Positions 18,317-27,495 of a stretch of DNA of 64,000 nt are shown here, piece after piece; the stretch's first letter is position 1; each line of letters begins with the position of its first letter. Below the pieces are notes generated by a model. That model saw only the letters and a list, made by a program, of their open reading frames with translations, had not been told where the DNA came from and searched no databases. The stretch is from IMG/VR virus record IMGVR_UViG_3300048597_000634, positions 124,001 through 188,000 of that record; one strand, written 5' to 3'. Made by a program: the position numbers and the translations under genes.

Positions 18317-19741
18317 TTAATCAGCTAATTGGTCAGCGGTTACTTCCGTTGCACAGCTAAGGCACACCGAGAAGTCTTCTGAATAAGGTACAGAGTCTAC
18401 GAACATAGTCCACAGCTCCCTGTCCTTAGAATACCCTTGGGTCAAAGACATCAAGTGGTCATTATCTGTATTGTCTACACCACCGTTTAGGTCACTATCA
18501 GTCCATAGCATTAGGTCATCAGGGTCTTCTGGTAGTTCGTTATCGCCGGCGCCGTCTTCGTAATAATAGAGTTCGTCTTCTGTTAGCTGCTGGCAGAACT
18601 TATAGGTGGCAATGAGGGCGCACATGAAATAGCTGTGGTTTACGATTAGCGCCGCCCAAGGCGTTTCATCTCCAGTAAGGTCAGCGAACAACGCAAAGGA
18701 CTTGTCTTGCTCCATTAAGTCAGAAGACTTGGTTAGCTCTAGGTGTGAGTCTAAGCAACGTAACCTTACGCCTTCAGAGTCATTAGTAGAGCGCCGCTTC
18801 TGGATATTAGTCTTATGGATTAGTTGCTTAGCCCCGAAAGTTCTAGTGCTGTGACTATCTAAGGGAATCTTATTGTTTAGGATTAGCGGCGCGTATTCAC
18901 TAACAGCTCGGCTTAGATACGCTTCAGTGGTGGGCAATAATAACCAGTCTTTGCCCGACCATACTTGTACGTGTTTTTGGTCTGTGGTGATTCTGAAGTT
19001 AATATCTCCTTTAGTCTGTAGGTTAAGGATACGAACTAAGTGGCGGGCTGGCACCCCGAAGCTTACGTCACCTTCAATGGTGCATTGAGCGTCTATGCCT
19101 ACCTTGATAAGACTAATGCCTGTATCGGCGCCGCTGTATTCAGAGCCGAAGAGCTGTAGTTTGCCTAGTTCTCTGTTGTAGTGGAACCATACTGAGCGGC
19201 GGCTAGTGTCATTGGCATACTTACTAAAGGTGTTAAGGATAGCTGCTCGTCGCCGGAAGGGTATTATGTCAGGCACGTTTATACATCCTGGTAGCCAGTC
19301 GGTAAACGTAGGTGGTCTAAACTCATCAAAGCCGCCGGTATAAATGGGACTAGTAACCCGGTCAATGAGGTCTGGGTCAGCACTAAGACTACAGTCAGTT
19401 ATGCATTGGACTTCCACCACATTACGTTTAGTAGCCCTAATTCGCATTGGGTTACTAGACCACGGCTCTTCTCTCAATTGTTTTATGTCGGTGCCATCTA
19501 TGAGGAATTGAGACTCACCTACGATGCCAGAGCTAGGTATTACCTTAGACCCCCAGGTGGAGCGTTTTAGTAGGGCAGTTAAGCGGCAATGGGATTCATC
19601 TATTTGGGCTAATCGCATGTAACGTAAGGCTGAGCCAGCGGGGCTAGCGTCTTCGTCTATGTCCAGCAGAAACTTAACTGCTTGGACTAGTTGGGCACCC
19701 GTAGCAAAGTCCAGGTAGTTAAGATTATTGTTCTTGGTCAT
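18317..19741 (-). CDS. Probable sliding clamp (DnaN/beta-like)
   Basis: Motif spacing resembles the three beta-clamp domains (QLVQAV...LTA, FGVPARHL, IVNHSYF..AL); a clamp loader is nearby. Confidence 0.45.
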   Translation of the reverse strand: MTKNNNLNYLDFATGAQLVQAVKFLLDIDEDASPAGSALRYMRLAQIDESHCRLTALLKRSTWGSKVIPSSGIVGESQFLIDGTDIKQLREEPWSSNPMRIRATKRNVVEVQCITDCSLSADPDLIDRVTSPIYTGGFDEFRPPTFTDWLPGCINVPDIIPFRRRAAILNTFSKYANDTSRRSVWFHYNRELGKLQLFGSEYSGADTGISLIKVGIDAQCTIEGDVSFGVPARHLVRILNLQTKGDINFRITTDQKHVQVWSGKDWLLLPTTEAYLSRAVSEYAPLILNNKIPLDSHSTRTFGAKQLIHKTNIQKRRSTNDSEGVRLRCLDSHLELTKSSDLMEQDKSFALFADLTGDETPWAALIVNHSYFMCALIATYKFCQQLTEDELYYYEDGAGDNELPEDPDDLMLWTDSDLNGGVDNTDNDHLMSLTQGYSKDRELWTMFVDSVPYSEDFSVCLSCATEVTADQLAD

Positions 19742-19795
19742 GGGTTTTTACAAAAGATTAGGGCGGGATGGTCAACCACCCCCGGTTCAACTAGT

Positions 19796-20140
19796 TTACT
19801 TTTTGCCTAGCAAACCTTCAGCTTTATCTAGCCATACTCCTAGGGAGAACTCAGACAATACAGCTTGCTTTAGTTCACTGCGTAGTTTGTCGTCTTGGAG
19901 CTCTTTAGGTAGGATGGCGTCGTCTACAAACTCAAAGGCTTCTGCTAATTGTCCATCAAGTTTATCTAGGGTTTCTTGGAGGTACTTGTCTTTGACATAG
20001 TTGTACGACATGCGCCCAAAGCGTGCAGCTATAGGCTCTACAAAGGCTTTTGAGGTAACGGTAAGAAAAAAGCCTATTAAGACCCCCAGCACGAGGTCAA
20101 TAGCATGAGTAATGAAGTTAATCATAGCCAGTCTTTCCAA
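19796..20140 (-). CDS. Putative holin/membrane protein
   Basis: One TM helix; directly downstream of the endolysin-like gene. Confidence 0.45.
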   Translation of the reverse strand: MERLAMINFITHAIDLVLGVLIGFFLTVTSKAFVEPIAARFGRMSYNYVKDKYLQETLDKLDGQLAEAFEFVDDAILPKELQDDKLRSELKQAVLSEFSLGVWLDKAEGLLGKK

Positions 20141-21012
20141 AGTAAAGTGAAATCGAAGCGAGCAGCGCGGCTACTCTTATACTGGGTGGAAGCCTTCACT
20201 AGACGCATAAAGCTTAGGAACTCATTTGGGTCTCGTATTAATACACAACCGGCCGACCAGGTAGAAATAAATGTATTATATGCGCCGCGCCAACCAGTCG
20301 TTTTAGTTGTGTGCAAGTTAATCCCATTCCCTGCTTCTCTAGTAACGCGGTCATCCCGAAGGAAATTATGGTTACTATCTCTGACCAGAGTAGCCACGCC
20401 GACTTGTTGCATAGCTTCATAGCCCCGGTGCTGTCCTACTGCCCAAAGTTGTTTATGCTGCCCTAGTTGTAGTCGAGCGGCGCCACCCCGGTTCAAAGGG
20501 TTCAGGGTGTAGTACCGACCTGGCTCCGTGGTGCCAACGTATAAACAAGACCATTTGGGTTGGTTAGGAGCATCAAACTGCATAATACCCACCAAGTCAT
20601 TCCAGCGGTCTGGTGCGTCATTATTAGGTGTACCGTTAAGATTTACACCTTCAATGCCAATGATATTGATAGCGCCTGGGCGTTGGTCTAAGGTATAACC
20701 CCGCTCAACACAACAACGGAATGCACGGTCTATTAGGGAATTAGTGCTGGGTAGCTTAGGGGTTTTAAGAAGTTTTGCTATGGAGCCAGCGCCGATTAAC
20801 TCAGGAGATTTCTGATAAATACTCTCTTTAAAAGTATTCCAACCGCCTTGGGTCATAGGACCATAGATGCCGTCGATACGGTTCTTAGGGTATAACCCGC
20901 GGTGGGATAGTAGAGTTTGTAGCTCGGTTAATTCTGTGCTGGTGAGGGCTTTTACTTCCTTGGGGTCACCTTGGTTCATTAAGGAAGTAAGAGCCGGGTA
21001 TTGGTTAGACAT
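20122..21012 (-). CDS. Peptidoglycan-binding endolysin-like protein
   Basis: LQ..L..RG.Y...IDGIYGP.T PG-binding domain; GINLH...WSAGC catalytic motif. Confidence 0.75.
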   Translation of the reverse strand: MSNQYPALTSLMNQGDPKEVKALTSTELTELQTLLSHRGLYPKNRIDGIYGPMTQGGWNTFKESIYQKSPELIGAGSIAKLLKTPKLPSTNSLIDRAFRCCVERGYTLDQRPGAINIIGIEGVNLNGTPNNDAPDRWNDLVGIMQFDAPNQPKWSCLYVGTTEPGRYYTLNPLNRGGAARLQLGQHKQLWAVGQHRGYEAMQQVGVATLVRDSNHNFLRDDRVTREAGNGINLHTTKTTGWRGAYNTFISTWSAGCVLIRDPNEFLSFMRLVKASTQYKSSRAARFDFTLLWKDWL

Positions 21013-21019
21013 AGCTAAG

Positions 21020-21328
21020 TTATTGGGCTTTCATCTTCAACTTAGCCTTGAGCTTAGTCAAAACACCTTCGAGGGCGTCTAGCATAGACTTATGTTGGCA
21101 GGAACAAACCACGTTCATAGATTCGTTTTCTTCTAGTTCTGCTTCGTAGTATCCACTGGACGTGGGGCGTGTGAGAACGATGGTGAAGGTCTTAGATTTA
21201 TCTAGTTTGTTAGTTAAGGTAATCCACACCTCACAGTCATCTACCGGTTTAATGGAAGAGTTGAAAGTTTTGGTGCCAACTACCTTTCTAATAGTTCTAC
21301 GGATACTCTGCTTTTGTTCCTCGGTCAT
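21020..21328 (-). CDS. Hypothetical protein
   Basis: 102 aa ORF. Confidence 0.5.
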   Translation of the reverse strand: MTEEQKQSIRRTIRKVVGTKTFNSSIKPVDDCEVWITLTNKLDKSKTFTIVLTRPTSSGYYEAELEENESMNVVCSCQHKSMLDALEGVLTKLKAKLKMKAQ

Positions 21329-21332
21329 TGCT

Positions 21333-23367
21333 TTAGTGAGCCCAGACGGGCGCTATAGAATAAGAACAGGCACCTTTGATCTCAGAGCCTAGAGCCTCAA
21401 ACTGTTTGGTTTGCACGGACTCCATTATCTGCTTAATGGTCTCTGCTATTTCTATAGCTAGCTTATCGGATGTGAAGGCTAATTCTGTGTATAGCCCATC
21501 GTCATTCACTTTGCTGTTGTCCCAGTCTATGGTAGATGTACCAGGAGAGTATATCAAGATTTCCATTTGATGTTGCGCCCCGCCCGATTCCGACGGGGCT
21601 CCTTAGCTTACACTAAGGGTCAGACTATATCATCACCAGCTTATGCGCTGGTGCAACCTGTTTCGAGACCTCTTGGTCCCTACTCCCTTGCGGGATAGTC
21701 GTTGAACCTTGGTCATGTGGTATGACCCTTGGCTGCTGATTGCCCTGCTTTAGCGTGGGGGTTCCCAGCAATTAAGGTTGTTTACCCACGACAAAATCTA
21801 TCGTGCACCTGTCCAATCAGTTGAATATCCTCCTGTGTAAACGTTGAATGGTTATCAATCCACCGTTGGATTAATATCATGGATTCTTTGGTCTGGGTTG
21901 CTGAAATGCTTTGGCATTGTTGTTATCGTAGAGCCGTTTAAACTCTACTTCCGCTGGTCACCCAACGGGTCAGGTCATATCATCGACTCTAGGAGTCGCC
22001 GGGCGCTCTTGGATAATATTATAGTTTGGGTCCATATTATCTGACCGTCACACCTTCCTAGGGACTAAAACCCATCCTAGGCTTGGCTCGGTATTGCCTG
22101 GCTAGACACCAGGGGTCCACCGAATTCACCCGGTTATCACTTAATCATCACTGATTAAGGCCACCCATTAGTTGATGGCGCAATTCACAGCAGCCCGCAC
22201 AGCGGAATCTCCTTCCTTGCCGCCAGACCTTTCTTCAGCTCGATGTTGTTATCGTCAGGCTCTTTATCCTGACTTCTATTGGTTTCCCAATAGTCCAGAC
22301 TATTTCTTAAGCGTTGCCATTTTGACAACCCTTTCGGGCGCTCGTGGGGATTATTATTGTTGGAACTCAAATCCCTAGTCGTTGAACCTGACGTAGAACC
22401 AAAGTCCTCTACGTATTGGCTTAGCGTTACCATAACCTTCTTATAAGCGTTAGGCTTTCACTAAATTCACCCGATTTAAGGTAGGCTAACTATTCACTTT
22501 ACCCACCGGTGCCGGCCTGTCAACGGGACTATACAAAAGCCCCTGGCGGCGGCTAAAGCACCATAATTCTCCGCCCAATCATAATACCCAGCGTAAGTTT
22601 CGCGATGGTTTTTTACCCAGGACTCAGCGACGTCTAGTTTGACATGATTACGCTCACTGATTGACTGGGGTGTGCTTAAGTAAAGCATCAATTGCCCCCG
22701 GCTTTCACCGAGGATTAGACTATACCTTTACAATCATTGATTGCACTCGCCGTGTTACCCAACCTTAGGGTTGAGTCTCAGAGTCACCATAGTGTCGGCA
22801 CCTTAGGTTATCGTCAGTCGTTGAACCATTCGCGCCGCTTTCACGACGCCCTGGCTGCTGATTGGCATCGACGTTAGTCGGAAGCTTTCCAGCAATTGAG
22901 CGAGTTTGTTTTCGCCAACTCTACTTAGCGAAATTGAGCGTCTTAGCCGTGTCACGGGGTTTACGCTTTTCTCCAGGCTGTAGTTTTCGTACTATTTCAT
23001 CCCACTCGCTTTCAGGTTTTCCTTCTACTAAGTGAGGATGGGTGCAGTTAGAACAAGTCCAAGAATGGAGGTCCCCTCTAGGGTTTGTATAGGTAGTTCC
23101 GTCGGGCAATGCGAGCTTTTTAGGTAATAATTGCGCTTGAGTCATGGCCGGGTCTTTACTAAGCACTGTAGCTACTAAAATTTCCTGGGATGAGTAGTCT
23201 AAAGATACTATACTTTTCCCCGACCCATTACCACAGGTAAAACCATTACGAGGGTTACTCATAAAGGTAATAACCTGTTCTTCGGTTTGAGGCTCGCTTA
23301 ATACTACGCCGCCGCCCGTGGGGGCTGGGCGGGTAGTCAGTCTTCGTTTACGTTTCGGTTGGTTCAT
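21333..23367 (-). CDS. polA: Family A DNA polymerase catalytic domain, 5 exons (23367-22927, 22688-22501, 22240-22175, 21914-21800, 21563-21333), 346 aa spliced
   Basis: The spliced product restores motif A DYSSQE, GDLH, motif B RDTAKTLNFA|MLYL, TGRHRW, AVNCAI|QS...K..MI and motif C QVHD|EIL. Exon sum is 1041 nt, in frame. Confidence 0.9.
21564..21799 (-). mobile_element. Group I intron 4 (236 nt)
   Basis: P1 CACGAU/GUCGUG with U.G; GGUUCAACGACUA and GAUAUAGUC (P7); terminal G; splits VHD|E. Confidence 0.9.
21915..22174 (-). mobile_element. Group I intron 3 (260 nt)
   Basis: P1 GCCAU/GUGGC; variant P7 GGUCA/UGACC; terminal G; restores NCAI-QS. Confidence 0.85.
22241..22500 (-). mobile_element. 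Group I intron 2 (260 nt)
   Basis: P1 GGUGGGU/GCCUACC; GGUUCAACGACUA and AAAUAGUC; terminal G. Confidence 0.9.
22689..22926 (-). mobile_element. Group I intron 1 (238 nt)
   Basis: P1 UUUCGCU/GGCGAAA; GGUUCAACGACUG and GUAUAGUC; terminal G; splits motif B. Confidence 0.9.
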
Positions 23368-23599
23368 CGTCGGTGTTAGTTAATTCTTTGAGCTTCTGTT
23401 TGCCTTTTTTGGTTAGAGACAATGGGGCTGACTGTTTAAGTAAATCGAGATGCTTAAGAGACTTAAGGGCGGCGGCGATTTGCTGTTTAGTCAATCCTTC
23501 ACAGTCCGCAGGATAAGCAATAGGATTATGGTCAATGAACGACCGTAATACTAACTCCTCATCCTGGGATAGTTGTTGGCTGAAGTGGTTGGGCGTCAT
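23348..23599 (-). CDS. Small winged-helix-like protein
   Basis: LS.DE..VL...IAAALKSL...LL....LT.KG. Confidence 0.5.
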   Translation of the reverse strand: MTPNHFSQQLSQDEELVLRSFIDHNPIAYPADCEGLTKQQIAAALKSLKHLDLLKQSAPLSLTKKGKQKLKELTNTDDEPTET

Positions 23600-26064
23600 A
23601 GTGGCGCGGTGCCTCGTCTGGTTTCTAATTCATTAATAATCTCTAGTAACTGCCAGAATTTATCATGACTAACATTAAATGCCGCAAGCAGGTCCCAATA
23701 CTGCATAATCACTTTGCCGTAGAGTAAGCGTCGGTCATCACAAGACTTTCTGTTTAATATGCTGTATTCCTTGCACAATCTCAGGAAATTAGGGTGCCAA
23801 TCAGCTATACGCTTAGTTTCTTTGGGGATATAACGCCCTAGTAGTGTTCGTATAGCTCGGTACTGCTCGCCGGACATATAAGGGTCTCCAGCAAAACCCA
23901 GCACCTCCCCAGAATGGTTAGATTCTAACCACTTAAAGAGCCGATCTCTCACTGTGTCTATAGAGGTCCAGTTACATAACCCTGCCTCACATAGCGTTTC
24001 AATCTTAGCCGCCGCGTTGGGTGAGATGGTAAACCGGAATGGGTGGTAATGCTTAATGAAACACCGCGGCGCCATGGACACACAGCTATATTCCTCATCA
24101 GTTTTGATAATGGTGTAGATGCCGTTATTTTTTAAGTAAATGACCGGCTCCATTAATAGCGCCTCGTTAATATCATTGAGGTCATCTACGGTGTGCTTAT
24201 GCTCCCATGAACCTACATTGATGACGTCATCGCTAGTGTTCCGCAGTTGCCGAAGCAGCACTGCTAAGTCAACACCAGTCTTATCCTCTACCTCATCCTT
24301 ACTAGACTTATTAACGGACTTGGTACTCTTAGTTCTGTATAGCCCAAGGTAGTTAATGATTGGGCCGTAAGGTTTTAGCTGGTCCTCTAGCATGTTGAGA
24401 GCTGAAGAGTCCTGGGATAGCTTTAATACTAGGACGGGGCCGGTTATCTTATCTCCATAGACCCGCTCAAGTTGTTTTAAGGTTATATCGCGCCCCCGGA
24501 GGGCTATTACGGTCAGACCAAGGTTAATAACCTTTAATGGGTTCATACGGGCGCGGTCATTGGGCGTTGCCTTGACCTTAGCGTGCCGGTAATAATCCTT
24601 AATTTCTTTCCATAACTCGCCATCGTAGTCATAAGACATATCACTGTCAGCTAACAGGTAATACTTAGACACGGCGTAACTGCACCCTAGACTCTTGTTG
24701 TTAGATAAGTAGTCGTAGATATAACCATGGCTGCCCCGCGGCTCAATTAGCGTAATCAGACCGTCAGTGTATGTAAAGGATGGGAATTGTTGCTCACTGT
24801 CAACCCCGTTAGATACATAACGTAGTTTATGGGGACCAGCATCTACGGTGAAGGATAATTTGGCTTCAGCATTGAGATAGTATCTGATACGCTGTGTTAG
24901 CGCTGTGCAGTAATTAAGAAAGACCTTGGACACCTCAGCCACATTGGTTAAGTCAGCACACTCGTGGTGCTTCTTAATATGCTGGTCAAAGGATTGCTGG
25001 ACCAATGCACTGAGCCTTCTATTGACCTCAACACTAATGACTTGCGAGGCTAAAGCTTGTAGTTTGTCTAGGATTGGCTGCGTTTGGTCATTCTTCAACA
25101 ACTCTTCTCGGCTTGTGTTTAAAGGCAAATATCCAGGCGGTACTCGAATAACCACCACGCAGTGCTGTTCTGTCGCTGAGCTGCTTCGATACCCTAATAG
25201 GTCTGAGCTGAGGATTTCTTCTATAGTTAGCTGTTTGCTTATGGTAGTAGCGTTACTATACACGTAGCCTTTATTTTGTTTGAGGTAATATAAGGCGCCG
25301 CCTAAGTCTAAAATCACACTACCGTAGCTATAACGGTTAGCAGTGTAATAATCTACAGTTACTGGCGTGTCCGCCTCTTCCTTTGTGTTTAGAGAAAAGT
25401 AACGGTGAGGCTTTAAGCCTTGACCAAACCACCAATCATCCTGCGACGTTAGTGACTCACCTTTAATAAGGTTGAAGTCATAACGAGAGACGTCTATTAA
25501 GTCTAGTAATGTATGTATGACTTTACTTGTAGCTACATTACCGAAAGGGATGGTGACTTCTAACCCAGTGTTATCTGCTTCTACGGGTTCTGGGTCAGAC
25601 CATATTGTTAACTCAGGGATGTGGTATTCATTCAGGTTACAGAGGTATAGGGTTTCATAGCCGCCGTGGAAACTACGAATGTAAAACTGTTTAGATAAGG
25701 CAAGCGGCGCCAGCCGACCCACACCATAGGCACCAATGGCATTAGCGTTATCTTCCTTAGTGCTCTCACCAATGTGGGTATATAACCCGTGCATTGATTC
25801 AGGACTTAGCCCCGGACCATGGTCACGGATGATTACCCGGTCTACTTCTACCGTTATATCTACTGATAATCCAGGACCTACTTCGTTGTTAGCGTCGTAG
25901 GCGTTGCTGATGATTTCACGGAAGGCGGCGCTAAGGGGGTCGGCGTATTGTTGGGTGATTAATAGTTGACTTAGCTTAGCTAACTGCTGGCGTTCTAGCT
26001 TAATGCTGAATTCTTTGCCAGACTCGTTCTTGATGGCGGTGCGTTGTTCTAAGATAGGCCTCAT
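23596..26064 (-). CDS. rIIA-like protein with N-terminal GHKL ATPase
   Basis: REIISNAYDA, IRDHGPGLS, STK...IGAYGVG, TGLEV.IP, SREEL. Confidence 0.8.
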   Translation of the reverse strand: MRPILEQRTAIKNESGKEFSIKLERQQLAKLSQLLITQQYADPLSAAFREIISNAYDANNEVGPGLSVDITVEVDRVIIRDHGPGLSPESMHGLYTHIGESTKEDNANAIGAYGVGRLAPLALSKQFYIRSFHGGYETLYLCNLNEYHIPELTIWSDPEPVEADNTGLEVTIPFGNVATSKVIHTLLDLIDVSRYDFNLIKGESLTSQDDWWFGQGLKPHRYFSLNTKEEADTPVTVDYYTANRYSYGSVILDLGGALYYLKQNKGYVYSNATTISKQLTIEEILSSDLLGYRSSSATEQHCVVVIRVPPGYLPLNTSREELLKNDQTQPILDKLQALASQVISVEVNRRLSALVQQSFDQHIKKHHECADLTNVAEVSKVFLNYCTALTQRIRYYLNAEAKLSFTVDAGPHKLRYVSNGVDSEQQFPSFTYTDGLITLIEPRGSHGYIYDYLSNNKSLGCSYAVSKYYLLADSDMSYDYDGELWKEIKDYYRHAKVKATPNDRARMNPLKVINLGLTVIALRGRDITLKQLERVYGDKITGPVLVLKLSQDSSALNMLEDQLKPYGPIINYLGLYRTKSTKSVNKSSKDEVEDKTGVDLAVLLRQLRNTSDDVINVGSWEHKHTVDDLNDINEALLMEPVIYLKNNGIYTIIKTDEEYSCVSMAPRCFIKHYHPFRFTISPNAAAKIETLCEAGLCNWTSIDTVRDRLFKWLESNHSGEVLGFAGDPYMSGEQYRAIRTLLGRYIPKETKRIADWHPNFLRLCKEYSILNRKSCDDRRLLYGKVIMQYWDLLAAFNVSHDKFWQLLEIINELETRRGTAPL

Positions 26065-26066
26065 TA

Positions 26067-26414
26067 TTATTTGCTGTGTAGGTCGTGCTGTTTGGACTCG
26101 TAGGACTGCTTAAGGGCGGCGGCTAGTAGTTGTCCTTTCTCTACTGCCATGGACGCTAGGGTAGCTGCGTCAAGGTCTGGATTCTGGTCCATGAGGCGTG
26201 GTAGGTAAAGGGTGGCACAAGTAAGTTCTTGTTCTTGCCAGTATTCTTCGGACTTGAGAAGGAAAGGCTCGTCTGCTAGTAGCGTGTAGATGTCGCACAG
26301 TTGGTCTTCGATGGAAGATAGGTAACGGTCACGGTCGGCGATTTGTTTGAGGTAGTGGGCTGTGTAGACCGCTGCTTTCTGGATGGTCTTGAGATAGTTA
26401 AGGATTGGCTGCAT
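26067..26414 (-). CDS. Hypothetical protein
   Basis: 115 aa ORF. Confidence 0.55.
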   Translation of the reverse strand: MQPILNYLKTIQKAAVYTAHYLKQIADRDRYLSSIEDQLCDIYTLLADEPFLLKSEEYWQEQELTCATLYLPRLMDQNPDLDAATLASMAVEKGQLLAAALKQSYESKQHDLHSK

Positions 26415-26438
26415 TGTAGTGATGGTTGGTTAATGGGC

Positions 26439-26477
26439 AAAAGAAAACCCGCCTACGTTTGTTGCGTTGTAGACGGG
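26439..26477 (-). terminator. Intrinsic terminator
   Basis: CCCGTCTAC/GTAGGCGGG stem followed by TTTTCTTTT. Confidence 0.65.
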
Positions 26478-26690
26478 CACGAGACGAAAGATACGAAGTG
26501 ATACTACCAGCTTAGCGCCATTGACTCTGCAATAGCACGGCAGCGCTGGCTCGGCGATTCTTAGCTTTAAGCCGCTTGTTGGCGTTTAAAGACCTAAGAT
26601 AGGCAGTGGTCTTCGTTTGGTAGTTTAGTTGAGGTTGGTTAGTTTCCATGCTTGTTAGTTTGGTATAAATTTATACCATTTGATTATAAC

Positions 26691-26954
26691 TTAAGGTTCT
26701 TCATCTTGGACTAGAAACGGCACCCATTTGGCGTGCCAGTCTGCCAAGATATGTTTGACAATGATGGTGGCTTCGGGGATGTAAGTAGTTAATGGTTCGT
26801 AGGAGTCGTCTGCTGGTGGAAGCCCGGTGTATTCGGTGATTAGGTTAGTGTTCATTAACCGGGTGGTGGTGCCGTCTGGTTTAGCGGCTTCGAGTAGTAA
26901 GGAGACTTTGTTTGGTTCTGGAAGGATTTCAAAGGTGCAAACTAAGTGAGTCAT
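26691..26954 (-). CDS. Hypothetical protein
   Basis: 87 aa ORF. Confidence 0.5.
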   Translation of the reverse strand: MTHLVCTFEILPEPNKVSLLLEAAKPDGTTTRLMNTNLITEYTGLPPADDSYEPLTTYIPEATIIVKHILADWHAKWVPFLVQDEEP

Positions 26955-27035
26955 GGTTGGTTAAAGGCGGCGCTTGATTAACTTTTTATCTGGCTGCGGC
27001 TAGGTTGAACGTAGTCGGACATTATCCCAACTACC

Positions 27036-27296
27036 ATGGCCAGTTTATTAGAGCTGTATAGGCTGCAAAATACACTTACGGGCGAGCAAATTAAGAGTTT
27101 GTATGAGGGTGAGTTTGACACTAACGCTTATACAGATGCTGAGAAGATTAAGCTGGCTTCTACTTTAGTAGTAGTACCTGTTCCCGTTACATCTACTTCT
27201 CCTGGACAAGTAGGAAATATTGCAGTTGACACGGATTACATCTATGTTTGTGTTGCGTCTAATACATGGAAGAGAAATGTATTAACTGATTGGTAG
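27036..27296 (+). CDS. Small virion-type protein sharing the tail-fibre N-terminus
   Basis: LT..QIK.LYE...DTNAYTDAEK.KL is shared with 2572-4200; C-terminal D.DYIYVCVA.NTWKR. Confidence 0.7.
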   Translation: MASLLELYRLQNTLTGEQIKSLYEGEFDTNAYTDAEKIKLASTLVVVPVPVTSTSPGQVGNIAVDTDYIYVCVASNTWKRNVLTDW

Positions 27297-27494
27297 TCTG
27301 TATCGCTGTGCATAGCTAGCCTCAACATACTGCCCTACGAGCCCTTTAGGGATGAACGAGAAAATCCATGCATAGGAGCACTTATAGATCAAAGGCATAA
27401 GAGATTCGATTTTTAAGTGGTGGGCTACATGTAAGCACATCAAGTCTCTATCAAAGACTAGCCTTCGTGGTTTAGTTCTTGCTTTGGTTAGCAT
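27282..27494 (-). CDS. MLTK-family small protein
   Basis: MLTKAR start. Confidence 0.5.
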   Translation of the reverse strand: MLTKARTKPRRLVFDRDLMCLHVAHHLKIESLMPLIYKCSYAWIFSFIPKGLVGQYVEASYAQRYRLPIS

Positions 27495-27495
27495 A

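Noticed and set aside
22185-22433. 82 aa minus-strand ORF, and plus-strand ORFs 21844-22044 and 22172-22378
   Set aside because: They lie across group I intron cores and polA exons, have no nuclease motif, and are probably spurious.
21570-22930. tRNA genes in the GC-rich hairpin region
   Set aside because: The structure is explained by group I introns, and no cloverleaf or T-loop pattern was found.
4290-27012. TTGAACG upstream of two structural-type genes as a late promoter
   Set aside because: Only two short matches at inconsistent distances from the start codons.
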